A stretch of DNA of 64,000 bases from an uncultured virus (IMG/VR IMGVR_UViG_3300035703_000051) (Duplodnaviria; Heunggongvirae; Uroviricota; Caudoviricetes), in IMG/VR virus record IMGVR_UViG_3300035703_000051; one strand, 5' to 3'. Position numbers and translations under genes: made by a program. The notes under the pieces were generated by a model that saw nothing but the letters and a program-made list of their open reading frames with translations, had not been told where the DNA came from and did not search any database. Each line of letters starts with the position of its first letter. The first letter of the stretch is position 1. Shown here piece after piece: positions 27,008 to 37,220 of this stretch.

Positions 27008-27331
27008 ATGGGCTCTCGCCACACCCCTCTACCTCCCCTCTGGAGGCTGGAAGAACTGCTTGCTTTATCGGACCAGTACCCAAGTGGTCTGGAGCACAAG
27101 ACTGCCCGTGGTCAGCGCAAGAGGGGGGACCAGGCTGGCCGTCTCAACCGAAGCAACTCCTTCTATTTGGTGAGCGTGGACAACCAGCGGTACCTGGCGC
27201 ATCGCATTGTGTATCTCATGCGACACAAAAAACCCATCGAGGGGTATGACATTGTTCATGCTGATACCAACAAAACAAAAGACAATCGCCTGGAGCTGAT
27301 TGCCGTCCCTGTCAGCAACCGTTTCTCTTGA
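27008..27331 (+). CDS. HNH-like protein, degenerate
   Basis: YLAHRIVY...DIVHADTNKTKDNRLEL. Confidence 0.6.
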   Translation: MGSRHTPLPPLWRLEELLALSDQYPSGLEHKTARGQRKRGDQAGRLNRSNSFYLVSVDNQRYLAHRIVYLMRHKKPIEGYDIVHADTNKTKDNRLELIAVPVSNRFS

Positions 27332-27332
27332 T

Positions 27333-27995
27333 ATGGCAAATTTCTACCGCAATCTCAAGCAATCCCTGGAGGAGACGGGCTTTAGATACGTTCCAAACAT
27401 TGAGTCACTCTCTGATGCGGTGCTGGAAAAGCATGGCTATTACAGGGGTTTTGTTTGCCCTCACAACCACCACATCCGAGATTCCAAGACGCATTGGTGT
27501 TATTTCTGCGTCAAGAAGATCCTGTCTAATGTCTGTGGTTTTGATCTGAACTATCTGAATCTGGAATACAAAATTAAATATGGAAAGCTCTGGTCAAAAA
27601 TTGAGATTAAAGATGTTGATGAATGTTGGCCGCTCAGGCATAGCAGTCGGTATAGTCCCAAGCGCGTCTGTTTTCCTTCCTATCGATCTTCTTACAGTCA
27701 CCAAAAAGCAGAAAATGTAACTGCTCATAAAGCAATCTATCAATGCGCCTGGGGGGATATCGGATCAATGGTTGTCACCAGACTTTGCGGCAATCCCTTG
27801 TGCTGCAATCCCTTACATCTGATCTCCAGCTGGAATCGTTTGTTCCCGCCCAATACCATCTCGCCATTTGAAACAACATTTGTGGCTGAAAAGCTTATGG
27901 TGTATGGGGCAAATCAAGACAATCTAATTTTGATGGAACGAGACTTTAAACGCACTATTTCGCATCCTTTAGAGCACAAAGAAACGGAGGAGTAA
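27333..27995 (+). CDS. Zn-binding HNH-like protein
   Basis: DECWP, AHKAIY and VVTRLCGNPLCCNPLHL motifs. Confidence 0.65.
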   Translation: MANFYRNLKQSLEETGFRYVPNIESLSDAVLEKHGYYRGFVCPHNHHIRDSKTHWCYFCVKKILSNVCGFDLNYLNLEYKIKYGKLWSKIEIKDVDECWPLRHSSRYSPKRVCFPSYRSSYSHQKAENVTAHKAIYQCAWGDIGSMVVTRLCGNPLCCNPLHLISSWNRLFPPNTISPFETTFVAEKLMVYGANQDNLILMERDFKRTISHPLEHKETEE

Positions 27996-28018
27996 AATAT
28001 TAAATAAAAACCAAGATA

Positions 28019-28762
28019 ATGCGCGTATCTCAATCTCAACGACAAAGAACACAAGACGATCCTCTAGTTGTTGGAACGTTTTCTCAACTGTCAATTCGAA
28101 ATCTGAGAGGATCTCTTGGTCCTAAAAACCAAGTTGTTGGTCGTGCTGATACGCGTTACACATCCAATGGTGGTTTTGGTGGAGGTACTTACAATCACTG
28201 GTTTCAATTCAATATCACATCTCCGGCTTGGATCATTGTGGCTAAAGGTGGTCCCAGGCCTAAATATATTCAGGTTTCTGTTTATGATTTGAATTTTACT
28301 CCTATTCAGGCGCGAGCAATCTTTGATCAAGATAGTATTTCAAATCAAATAAATGGCTCAACAGTTCATCCATATACCGGTCATGTCATGGCCGCCGGTT
28401 CAGATTTCTACAACAATTTTGATCCGGCCCGTTTTGATGAGGGTAACAACCTTTACTTCCCATTAGAAACTGGATCTTATTTGTTGTGTGTATCTACAAC
28501 ACGCAATGAACCACTAGATTATGAAGTTGCCGTTGTCATTGAATTCCCAACAACAAACTTTGATATATTGCTAGAAGACTATTCTTATTTATTATATGAA
28601 GACACAGATGAAAGTTATGTAGTTGCAGACATCACAGAAAATTTTGCGTCCAATGATTTACACTCTCATTCTCTTTCTGAATGGGATGAAGCATGGAGAC
28701 GTGAACATCCACAAGATAAACCTTTTCCGGCTGTTTTAGTTCCTTTAGCGACGCAACCATGA
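28019..28762 (+). CDS. Hypothetical protein
   Basis: 247-aa beta-rich ORF. Confidence 0.7.
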   Translation: MRVSQSQRQRTQDDPLVVGTFSQLSIRNLRGSLGPKNQVVGRADTRYTSNGGFGGGTYNHWFQFNITSPAWIIVAKGGPRPKYIQVSVYDLNFTPIQARAIFDQDSISNQINGSTVHPYTGHVMAAGSDFYNNFDPARFDEGNNLYFPLETGSYLLCVSTTRNEPLDYEVAVVIEFPTTNFDILLEDYSYLLYEDTDESYVVADITENFASNDLHSHSLSEWDEAWRREHPQDKPFPAVLVPLATQP

Positions 28763-28887
28763 ACCTTGTCAATCTGTTTAAACAAGCCTTAAAAATTACT
28801 ACAAAAACACATAACCCAACTCACGCATTCGCGCTATATTGCAAAAATAATCCAAGCGCAAGTGCGTGCAAGATCTATGACTTATAG
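28759..28887 (+). CDS. 42-aa CP12-like peptide (not in ORF track)
   Basis: C-terminus FALYCKNNPSASACKIYDL; ATGA overlap with the upstream stop codon. Confidence 0.6.
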   Translation: MNLVNLFKQALKITTKTHNPTHAFALYCKNNPSASACKIYDL

Positions 28888-29359
28888 ACCCAAGCGTCGC
28901 ATTAAATGTTTTATTTTAAAAACAGAACAAAACCAGTGGGTTGCAATTACTGCAAAACCTTGGGTGTACGTTGACAAAACCTGCGTTTGGCTTGTTGTTC
29001 TTGGTGTCAGTAAATCACGGCGTCAACTCAGTGACTGGTTCCATAGTCGCAATACAAAACGTGCACGGAAATTAAAGCACTCAATGTCTGGTAACTCAGG
29101 TACTAAACCTTTGACCTGGGCATTTACAAAACTAAAAGACCTTCAAGACCATATCCCTTGGTATGACGGGCTTTGGTTCTGGTTTGATGCTGTTGAAAAG
29201 GATAAACAGCGCCGTGTTTACATGAAATGGTTCCAACGTAAAGGCGCAGTTGATTGGAAATACATGGAGGACTCTGACTCTTTTTATTACTTTAAAGATC
29301 CAGCGGTAGAATACAGAAAACTCCTGGAGAGCTATGACTCACTTGAATCAGTATCTTGA
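28877..29359 (+). CDS. Hypothetical protein
   Basis: Basic, Trp-rich ORF. Confidence 0.6.
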   Translation: MTYRPKRRIKCFILKTEQNQWVAITAKPWVYVDKTCVWLVVLGVSKSRRQLSDWFHSRNTKRARKLKHSMSGNSGTKPLTWAFTKLKDLQDHIPWYDGLWFWFDAVEKDKQRRVYMKWFQRKGAVDWKYMEDSDSFYYFKDPAVEYRKLLESYDSLESVS

Positions 29360-29498
29360 AGTTGCATTGGCTATTCATGCAGCAGCATCTGCCATCTGTG
29401 CTTTAACTCCAACGCCAAAAGATGATGCTGCCGTCCGTAAACTGTACCGTTTAATTGAAATTTGCGGTCTTGTTATTGGTCGTGCTAAGGAGCGTTGA
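29334..29498 (+). CDS. 54-aa hydrophobic protein, possible holin-like (not in ORF track)
   Basis: ALAIHAAASAICALTPTPKDD; GGAGAG Shine-Dalgarno. Confidence 0.6.
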   Translation: MTHLNQYLEVALAIHAAASAICALTPTPKDDAAVRKLYRLIEICGLVIGRAKER

Positions 29499-29660
29499 TT
29501 AATTAGGTAACGCCTGAAACCAAAAACAGACGCCACCTTCTTTTTCAACCCAATCTCTTGTTGCGTACGCTTCTGCTTTTGGAAGTGTTACGCATTTTTT
29601 TTCATTGCGAACTTCCCAGCAGATGTTGACACGTATCTGCGGTTCTTTATATTTCTTCAC
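29499..29660 (-). CDS. Hypothetical protein
   Basis: Probable GTG start immediately after the endolysin stop codon. Confidence 0.5.
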   Translation of the reverse strand: MKKYKEPQIRVNICWEVRNEKKCVTLPKAEAYATRDWVEKEGGVCFWFQALPN

Positions 29661-29661
29661 T

Positions 29662-30684
29662 TTAGTAGTCCCAGCGGACGCGCGGCTTCCCTTCCCTGAT
29701 GCCAACATGTACAAAACCTTTTGGAGCACCGTATCCTAAGCTGTACGGCCAGGTTTTGTCACACCAATCTTGTACTGTATAGACATCAACTCCTAGTATG
29801 TAAAAATCAATAGCTCCCTTGGAAGGAGCATTGTAAGTGTGTTCACTGTTTTTAGCACCGCCTACTTTTGTATTAATGGGCTCAGGACGTGAAGCACTAG
29901 TGATAATAATTGGTTTGTTACCAAATTGTTTTCTGACGCGTTCCAGAAATAAACAAATTTCTTTTGCTGTGTCGCATTGGTATTGTTTTGTAAAACGTCT
30001 TGCTTCTTGATTAAGAGTCAGTTCGCCATATGTAATGTTGGGTGTTACTTTATAGGTAAAAGGACTCCAGGGGGTAAAGTTATTGCTATGCGGATTAAGG
30101 TCATCCTTCTCTCCAATGTTTTGGAGCTGACGATCCATGATTTGAATTAATTTTATACTGTAATCTGGATCTGTAGCATATCCTTCTTTAACTAATAAAC
30201 GTGCGCATTCATTTCTACTAACCGCACGATTAACTCCTTTAAAACGGCCAAAGTCTTTGTACCAGCGTTCAACTAGGTATGAAACACATGTATAAAGATC
30301 TGGAAAATCAATAAAACCAGCTTTGATTGTGATCCATTTACCGTTGATAAATTCTTGAGTGTCAACAGTGCTGCCTGATCCCTTCAATCCAAAGAAGTTG
30401 TTCTTACCTGAGGTGTGCTTACCCCATCCCGATTCAAGAGCCCATTGAGCAGCGACGCATTCAGGGAATTTTGCACCGGCCGCCTTTGCCGCAGCAAGAA
30501 CACCCTCCCATGTATTGGAAAAAGATTCTTTTGCGGTCTGATGCTGCTCTTCATTTTTACGATAACGAAGAGCAAAACCGTTGATTTGCTCCGGTGTTAA
30601 TTCCCCTTGGAGCCAGTCCCAGGCTTCGTTTTGATGCTTGAGTCCCTTGTGATGCTCAGCTGCATCACGTAGTTGTATTGTCAT
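29662..30684 (-). CDS. Endolysin: glucosaminidase (GH73-like) plus M15 peptidase
   Basis: AQWALESGWG, NNFFGLK and GYATDPDY; SASR...SEH...AIDF...FVHVG. Confidence 0.9.
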   Translation of the reverse strand: MTIQLRDAAEHHKGLKHQNEAWDWLQGELTPEQINGFALRYRKNEEQHQTAKESFSNTWEGVLAAAKAAGAKFPECVAAQWALESGWGKHTSGKNNFFGLKGSGSTVDTQEFINGKWITIKAGFIDFPDLYTCVSYLVERWYKDFGRFKGVNRAVSRNECARLLVKEGYATDPDYSIKLIQIMDRQLQNIGEKDDLNPHSNNFTPWSPFTYKVTPNITYGELTLNQEARRFTKQYQCDTAKEICLFLERVRKQFGNKPIIITSASRPEPINTKVGGAKNSEHTYNAPSKGAIDFYILGVDVYTVQDWCDKTWPYSLGYGAPKGFVHVGIREGKPRVRWDY

Positions 30685-30724
30685 TCTATTTTTTATCCTT
30701 ATGGTTTTATTTTAACGCGTCTGC

Positions 30725-33208
30725 TCACACTAAAGAGTATTGGTTTATTCCCTGAGGTGAAGTTGTACCACAGATGTATAGATAATTACCGTAATCATTA
30801 AAGGCTAAGCCAGTCGAAGTTCCTTCTTGTATAGCAATATTAAATGATTTACTGTCGTAAGAAGCAGTGCTTATGTCCCATGCCGTGGAACAAGAGTATT
30901 GGTAAACAGAATCATTTGAAGAACCTACAATATAAAGCTTAGTACCATCGTCTTTAAAAAATAATCCATTTGGACTTGTCTCTTGGCTAGCAATACTAAA
31001 TGACTTGCTGTCATAAGAAGCAGTGCTTACATCCCATGCGGTAGAACACGAGTATTGATAGACTGTTCTATTTGAAAAACTTATAATATAAAATTTAGCG
31101 CCGTCTGATTTAAAAAATAATCCAAATGGATTTGTGTCCTGTGCGTTAACACTAAATGATTTAGAGTCATAAGAAGCGGTACTCACATCCCATGCCGTAG
31201 AACATGAGTACTGATAAACAGTGTCGTTTGTATTTCCTAAAACATAAAGTTTGGTGCCATCAGATTTAAAAGATAATCCAGTTGGAGATGTATCTTGTCC
31301 TGCAACACGAGCACGTGCATAAGCACCGCTTGACGTGTAATTAAAACTTGCAGTTGTTATATCCCAAGGAATAGAACATGTGTACTGATAAACAGCATCT
31401 CCCGTTGAACCCACAAAATAAAGCTTGGTTCCATCGGAGCTAAATGTTAAATCAGTAGGATTTGTGTCTTGTAAGTTAATCGGAAACAACTTAGCACCAA
31501 ACCCAGCATTCACCACGTCCCAGGCTAGGGGTAGATCGTATTGATAAACGGTGTCGTTTGTGGAGCCTACAACATAAAGCCGGCTTCCATTATCTTTAAA
31601 AAATAATCCAAGTGGATCTGTATCTTGTGTTGTAACACTAAATGATCTGCTGTCATAAAATGCAGTGCTTACATCCCACGCAGTAGAACATGAGTATTGA
31701 TAAACTGTATCGTTTGTACCCCCAATAATATAAAACTTAGTCCCATCTGATTTAAAAAATAATCCATTTGGGTTTGTGTCTTGCGTTGTAACACTAAATG
31801 ATTTAGTGTCATAAGACGCAGTACTTACATCCCATGCGGTAGAACAGGAGTATTGATAAACTGTGTCGTTTGTATTACCCGTAATATAAAATTTAGTACC
31901 ATCTGATTTAAAAACTATTCCGGATGGAGTTGGTTCTTGTCCAGCAACACTAAATGACTTACTATCGTACGAGGCAGTGCTTACATCCCATGCTGTAGAA
32001 CATGAGTATTGATACACAGTATCATTTGCAGTTCCTACAACATAAAACTTAGTACCATCATCTTTGAAAAATAATCCGGTTGGACTTGCTTCTTGGCCGC
32101 CAACACTGAATGATTTACTATCGTAAGAAGCAGTACTTACATCCCATGCAGTAGAACATGAGTATTGATACACAGTATCATTTGTAGTGCCTACAATGTA
32201 AAATTTAGTACCATCATCTTTAAACTGTATCTCTGTTGACGCTGCTTCTTGTCCACCCACATAAAACGTACCGCCCGCCCCGTTATTAGTGCTAACATCC
32301 CAGGCGGTAGATAAACTAAACTCAACTACAGAACTTATAGTTTGACCAACAACATAAAGTTTAGTTCCATCTGATTTAAAACATAAACCATGTGCAGTTG
32401 TTTCTAAAGCGGCAATACGACAAAGTTTCGTATCGTAAGATCCGGTACTAATATCCCATGCTGTAGAGCAGGAGTACTGATAAACAGCATCATTTACAGT
32501 GCCTACAATATAAAACTTAGTACCGTCAGATTTGAAAAATAATCCAGTTGCCAATGTTTCTTGACTAGACACAAGAAAAGATTTAGTGTCATAAGATGCA
32601 GTACTAATATCCCATGCCGTGGAACACGAGTATTGATAAATCCTATTATTAGCTCCACCCACAATATAAAACTTAGTACCATCTGATTTGAAAAATAAAC
32701 CACGGGGAGTTGTATCTTGTCCAAAGACACTAAATGACTTATTGTCATAAAAAGCAGTACTAATATCCCATGCGGTAGAGCATGTGTACTGATATATTGT
32801 TGTATTTGTTTGTCCTATTACGTAGAATTTTGTGCCATCGTCTTTAAAAAATAAACCATTTGGAGTTCCATCTTGTGTTGCAACACTAAATGATTTATTG
32901 TCATAAGAAGCAGTACTTACATCCCATGCAGTAGAGCACGAGTATTGATACACAGTATCGTTTGTAAGTTCTACAATATAAAATTTAGTGCCATCATTAT
33001 TAAACTGTACATCAGTAACATTTGCTGTATTTAATCCAACTGTCCACTTTTTATTTAGGTAATATCCATTATTCACTTCCCAGGGTTGCCCGGTCCACTG
33101 GGAATCTCTTACTGACTGCCCCTGGTCATAAATCTCCCATACTCCTGTTTTGCTTGCAGGAACTGCCCCGTAACCAGAGGGTTTTTTACCGATGTAATTA
33201 CCTTTCAT
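30725..33208 (-). CDS. Tandem-repeat (about 51 aa) beta-propeller-like tail/receptor-binding protein
   Basis: Repeated unit GLFFKSDGTKFYIVG..NDTVYQYSCSTAWDVSTASYDSKSFSV. Confidence 0.75.
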   Translation of the reverse strand: MKGNYIGKKPSGYGAVPASKTGVWEIYDQGQSVRDSQWTGQPWEVNNGYYLNKKWTVGLNTANVTDVQFNNDGTKFYIVELTNDTVYQYSCSTAWDVSTASYDNKSFSVATQDGTPNGLFFKDDGTKFYVIGQTNTTIYQYTCSTAWDISTAFYDNKSFSVFGQDTTPRGLFFKSDGTKFYIVGGANNRIYQYSCSTAWDISTASYDTKSFLVSSQETLATGLFFKSDGTKFYIVGTVNDAVYQYSCSTAWDISTGSYDTKLCRIAALETTAHGLCFKSDGTKLYVVGQTISSVVEFSLSTAWDVSTNNGAGGTFYVGGQEAASTEIQFKDDGTKFYIVGTTNDTVYQYSCSTAWDVSTASYDSKSFSVGGQEASPTGLFFKDDGTKFYVVGTANDTVYQYSCSTAWDVSTASYDSKSFSVAGQEPTPSGIVFKSDGTKFYITGNTNDTVYQYSCSTAWDVSTASYDTKSFSVTTQDTNPNGLFFKSDGTKFYIIGGTNDTVYQYSCSTAWDVSTAFYDSRSFSVTTQDTDPLGLFFKDNGSRLYVVGSTNDTVYQYDLPLAWDVVNAGFGAKLFPINLQDTNPTDLTFSSDGTKLYFVGSTGDAVYQYTCSIPWDITTASFNYTSSGAYARARVAGQDTSPTGLSFKSDGTKLYVLGNTNDTVYQYSCSTAWDVSTASYDSKSFSVNAQDTNPFGLFFKSDGAKFYIISFSNRTVYQYSCSTAWDVSTASYDSKSFSIASQETSPNGLFFKDDGTKLYIVGSSNDSVYQYSCSTAWDISTASYDSKSFNIAIQEGTSTGLAFNDYGNYLYICGTTSPQGINQYSLV

Positions 33209-33229
33209 TTTAGACTGTACCCTATGTAT

Positions 33230-36200
33230 TTATTGTAATAGAACTGAGTACTGATAGATGGTATCTGTACTGTCTCCTAACACGTAAAAGGAAGTTCCGT
33301 CAGATTTAAATTGAACATCTGTAGGACTTGTATCTTGGGTCGATATGCTATAGAGAACACCATCGTAAGAAGCAGTACTTACATCCCATGCGGTAACGCA
33401 AGAATACTGAAAAACAGAATCGCTTCCTTGTCCTACAATATAAAACTTGGTGCCATCATCTTTAAAAAATACTGCTTGTGGCGTTACTTCTTGTGCATTC
33501 ACACTGAATAACTTACTTTCATAAAATGCAGTACTAATATCCCATGCCGTAGAGCATGAGTATTGATATACTGTATCGTTTGAGATGCCTACAATATAAA
33601 ATTTAGTGCCATCAGGTTTAAAAAACAATGCTCGGATGTTTGTTTCTTGTGCGGTAATATTGAATGACTTGCTGTCATACGCTCCGGTGCTTACATCCCA
33701 GGCTGTAGAACATGAATACTGATAGATCGTTCTATTAGAACCACCAGCGATATAAAACTTAGTACCGTCTGGTTTAAAAAATAATCCATTTGGATCAGCA
33801 TCTTGTGCGGCAACCGTAAATGACTTGTTGTCGTAAATTCCTGCACCTATATCCCAAGCAGTGGAGCAGGAGTATTGGAAAATCGTGTCATACACAGTAC
33901 CTACAACATAGAACTTAGTTCCATCTGATTTAAAAAATAATCCAGTTGGAGTTGGTTCCTCTGTTACCACTCTAAAAAACTTACTGTCATAAAAAGGAGA
34001 TTGAACTTCCCACGCAGCAACAGTTGAGTATTGATAAACCGTATCGTTTGTTTGTCCTACAATATAGAACTTAGCACCATCTGATTTAAAAAATAATCCG
34101 TTTGGAGTTGTTTCTTGCGAAGCAACGCTAAACAATCTAGCATCATATGATGCGGTACCTACATCCCATGCAGCGGCACATGAGTATTGGAAAATCGTGT
34201 CATACACAGTACCTACAACATAGAACTTAGTTCCATCTGATTTAAAAAATAATCCAGTTGGAGTTGGTTCCTCTGTTACCACTCTAAAAAACTTACTGTC
34301 ATATGACGCAGTGCTAATATCCCATGCTGTTGCACAGGAGTATTGCTGCACTCTGCCTCCAGCTGAACCTACAATGTAAAACTTAGCGCCATCTGATTTA
34401 AAAAATAAACCCAGTGGAGTTAGTTCTTGTGTAGCAACACTAAAGAACTTGTTGTCATATGACGCAGTACTTACATCCCATGCCGTAGAACACGAGTATT
34501 GATAGACCGTATCGTTTGTGTTACCTACAACATAAAACTTGGTTCCATCTGATTTAAAAAATAATCCATGTGGATTTGATTCTTGTGCATTAATACTAAA
34601 TGACTTTGTGTCATAAGAAGCAGTACTTACATCCCATGCTGTAGAACAAGAATATTGATAGATAGTATCAGTGCCCCCACCTATAATATAAAACTTAGTG
34701 CCATCATCTTTAAACTGTATTTCTGTTGGGCCTGTGTCTTGTGTTGCAACACTAAATGATTTACTGTCATACGTAGAAGTAGCATTCATTTCCCATGCAG
34801 TGGTGCATGAGTATTGGTAGATAGTATCTAGATTGCTACCGCTGATATAAAATTTTGTTCCATCTGATTTAAAAGAAATACCCGTGAGTGTTTCGGCGCT
34901 TAATTGTACACTTACACTAAATACTTTACTTGCGTAAGAAGCTGTGCTTACATCCCATGCTGTGCTGACCGTATATTGATAAACCGCTCTGCTATTTGAT
35001 CCTAATATGTAAAGAATTGTTCCATCTGATTTAAAAAATAATGCCTGTGGAATCGTGTCTTGTGCAGCAACACTAAATGATTTACTGTCGTAAGATGCAG
35101 TGCTTACGTCCCAAGCTGTAGAGCAAGAATATTGATAGACAGTATTATTACTGTCTCCTACAATATAAAATTTAGTACCATCTGGTTTGAAGAATAAACC
35201 TACGGGAGTCGTGTCCTGTGTAACAACACTAAATGATTTACTAGCATAAGAAGCAGTACTTACATCCCATGCTGTAGAACAAGAGTATTGATATACCGTA
35301 TCGGTCGAGGAACCTACAACATAAAATGCAGTCCCATCTGATTTAAAAAATAATCCTTGTGAGATTGCTTCTTGACCACCAATATAAAAAGACTTGCTGT
35401 CAAAAGATCCAGTACTAACGTCCCAGGCGGTAGAGCAAGAGTATTGATAAACAGTATCGTTTACATTACCCACAATATAGAACTTAGTGCCGTCATCATT
35501 GAATTGGATATCTTGTGGAGTAGTTTCTTGTCCTGCTCCAACGTAAAAAGCTTTACCACCATAAGACGCAGTGCTGACATCCCAAGCTGTGGAACAAGAG
35601 TATTGAAAAACAATATCATTTGTAGTGCCTACAATATAAAATACAGTTCCATCTGATTTAAAAAATAGTCCTTGTGGACTTGTTTCCTGTGTAACAACAC
35701 TAAATGATTTACTGTCATAAGATGCAGTGCTTACATCCCATGCTGTAGAACAAGAATATTGATAAACCGTATCGCTAATTTGTCCTACAACGTAAAACTT
35801 AGTGCCATCTGATTTAAAAAACAATCCAGTTGGTTGTGATTCTTGTGTATTAACATTAAATTGTTTACTGTCATAAGATGCAGTACTTACATCCCATGCG
35901 GTAGAACAAGAGTATTGAAAAACCCTATCAGACGCAGTTCCTAAAACATAAAATTGAGTACCATCTGATTTGAAAAATAATGCATTTGGAGCACTCTCTT
36001 GTCCAAAGACATTAAATGACTTATTGTCATAGGAAGCAGTACTAACGTCCCATGCAATAGAACAAGAATATTGATAAATATTATTATTGGTATCTCCTAA
36101 AACATAAAATTGAGTGCCATCTGATTTAAAAAATAATGCAGTTGTAGTCGTATCTTGATTGCCAACGTAAAAAGATTTACCCGAATATGACGCAGTGTTT

Positions 36201-36490
36201 ACATCCCATGCAGTGGCGCAAGTGTATTGATAAATTATTCTTTTTGTTGCTCCCATAATATAAAACTTAGTGCCATCATCATTGAATTGCACATCAAACG
36301 GACTGCTATCTCCCGGAACAATGGCAAAAGACTTTGTTTGGTTGCTACCAGAAACAGACCAAGGGCTCGGCCACTTGCCATCGATCTGACGATCTGTGAT
36401 CTGACCAAGCTTCCACATGCCTGACCACTGACTGCCAGTACGAGCTGGACGCGCACCAGCGTAACCTGCCTCGAAAGTCTCTAATGCCAT
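33230..36490 (-). CDS. Tandem-repeat beta-propeller-like tail protein, paralog of the downstream gene
   Basis: Same repeat unit, roughly 20 copies. Confidence 0.75.
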   Translation of the reverse strand: MALETFEAGYAGARPARTGSQWSGMWKLGQITDRQIDGKWPSPWSVSGSNQTKSFAIVPGDSSPFDVQFNDDGTKFYIMGATKRIIYQYTCATAWDVNTASYSGKSFYVGNQDTTTTALFFKSDGTQFYVLGDTNNNIYQYSCSIAWDVSTASYDNKSFNVFGQESAPNALFFKSDGTQFYVLGTASDRVFQYSCSTAWDVSTASYDSKQFNVNTQESQPTGLFFKSDGTKFYVVGQISDTVYQYSCSTAWDVSTASYDSKSFSVVTQETSPQGLFFKSDGTVFYIVGTTNDIVFQYSCSTAWDVSTASYGGKAFYVGAGQETTPQDIQFNDDGTKFYIVGNVNDTVYQYSCSTAWDVSTGSFDSKSFYIGGQEAISQGLFFKSDGTAFYVVGSSTDTVYQYSCSTAWDVSTASYASKSFSVVTQDTTPVGLFFKPDGTKFYIVGDSNNTVYQYSCSTAWDVSTASYDSKSFSVAAQDTIPQALFFKSDGTILYILGSNSRAVYQYTVSTAWDVSTASYASKVFSVSVQLSAETLTGISFKSDGTKFYISGSNLDTIYQYSCTTAWEMNATSTYDSKSFSVATQDTGPTEIQFKDDGTKFYIIGGGTDTIYQYSCSTAWDVSTASYDTKSFSINAQESNPHGLFFKSDGTKFYVVGNTNDTVYQYSCSTAWDVSTASYDNKFFSVATQELTPLGLFFKSDGAKFYIVGSAGGRVQQYSCATAWDISTASYDSKFFRVVTEEPTPTGLFFKSDGTKFYVVGTVYDTIFQYSCAAAWDVGTASYDARLFSVASQETTPNGLFFKSDGAKFYIVGQTNDTVYQYSTVAAWEVQSPFYDSKFFRVVTEEPTPTGLFFKSDGTKFYVVGTVYDTIFQYSCSTAWDIGAGIYDNKSFTVAAQDADPNGLFFKPDGTKFYIAGGSNRTIYQYSCSTAWDVSTGAYDSKSFNITAQETNIRALFFKPDGTKFYIVGISNDTVYQYSCSTAWDISTAFYESKLFSVNAQEVTPQAVFFKDDGTKFYIVGQGSDSVFQYSCVTAWDVSTASYDGVLYSISTQDTSPTDVQFKSDGTSFYVLGDSTDTIYQYSVLLQ
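33870..34303. repeat. Perfect 122-bp direct duplication
   Basis: 33870-33991 is identical to 34182-34303 (offset 312 nt). Confidence 0.85.
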
Positions 36491-36497
36491 TGTTGAA

Positions 36498-36833
36498 TCA
36501 GGTGATTTCTAAAACAGAAGTAACGACGTTGATGCCACTGGCTACACTCGATGTAGCCCTAAGCTTCTGACCTGAGGTTAACACAACTTTATTTGGAATT
36601 AGTTCCAGGGTTGCGTAACCGGGTACTGCAATTGTTTTAGCGATTGTTGCAACAACTGTGTTTGCACTATCCGTTAAATCAACACTGTAATTAACACTCA
36701 CAGTGCCAGTAACGTTCGCTGCAAGAGAGGATAAAACAACAGCCCTTGCACCAGAGCTGGTAGGTGCTTGATAAATATCCGTTGTAGAAACAGTGGTTAA
36801 CTTAACACCACTATTTGTAAATGTTTCTGCCAT
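36498..36833 (-). CDS. Small tail-associated protein
   Basis: Beta-rich 111 aa ending in SVLEIT, located in the tail cluster. Confidence 0.65.
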   Translation of the reverse strand: MAETFTNSGVKLTTVSTTDIYQAPTSSGARAVVLSSLAANVTGTVSVNYSVDLTDSANTVVATIAKTIAVPGYATLELIPNKVVLTSGQKLRATSSVASGINVVTSVLEIT

Positions 36834-36859
36834 AGCCTTGGGTTTCCTTGTTTTTTATT

Positions 36860-37219
36860 TTAGCACTTACTGAGTGCAATATAAAAAGCTGTCGTTAATC
36901 CAACCGACTGATTTGCAACCCAGGAAGTAGATCCACTTGCGTCGGTTGTTAAATAATAACCAGAAGTACCTACTGATGGTGGAAATGAAAACAAACCATA
37001 GGGTCTTACATCTCCAGAGCCACTGATGACGGTTACATTTCCACTGGTTTTGTAAGCCGCTCCAGAGATAACTCCTGTTGTTGTAATGTTTTTTGTAACT
37101 GGATTAATTGTTCCAGTTGTTGCATTATAAGTTGCTACGTCAACGATTCCAGACAACTCAAGCGTTGTATCCGCCGCGTTATTCGTGAAAACAATAGTGT
37201 CAATTTTTAGTGTCGTCAT
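36860..37219 (-). CDS. Short tail-fibre-like protein
   Basis: Shares YKTSGNVTVISGSGDVRPYGLFSFP with its neighbour. Confidence 0.65.
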   Translation of the reverse strand: MTTLKIDTIVFTNNAADTTLELSGIVDVATYNATTGTINPVTKNITTTGVISGAAYKTSGNVTVISGSGDVRPYGLFSFPPSVGTSGYYLTTDASGSTSWVANQSVGLTTAFYIALSKC

Positions 37220-37220
37220 A

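Noticed and set aside
30725..36490. Possible CRISPR array or diversity-generating retroelement
   Set aside because: The repeats are in-frame coding units without unique spacers. No cas or reverse transcriptase gene is in the window, and the 122-bp pair has no adenine-specific differences.
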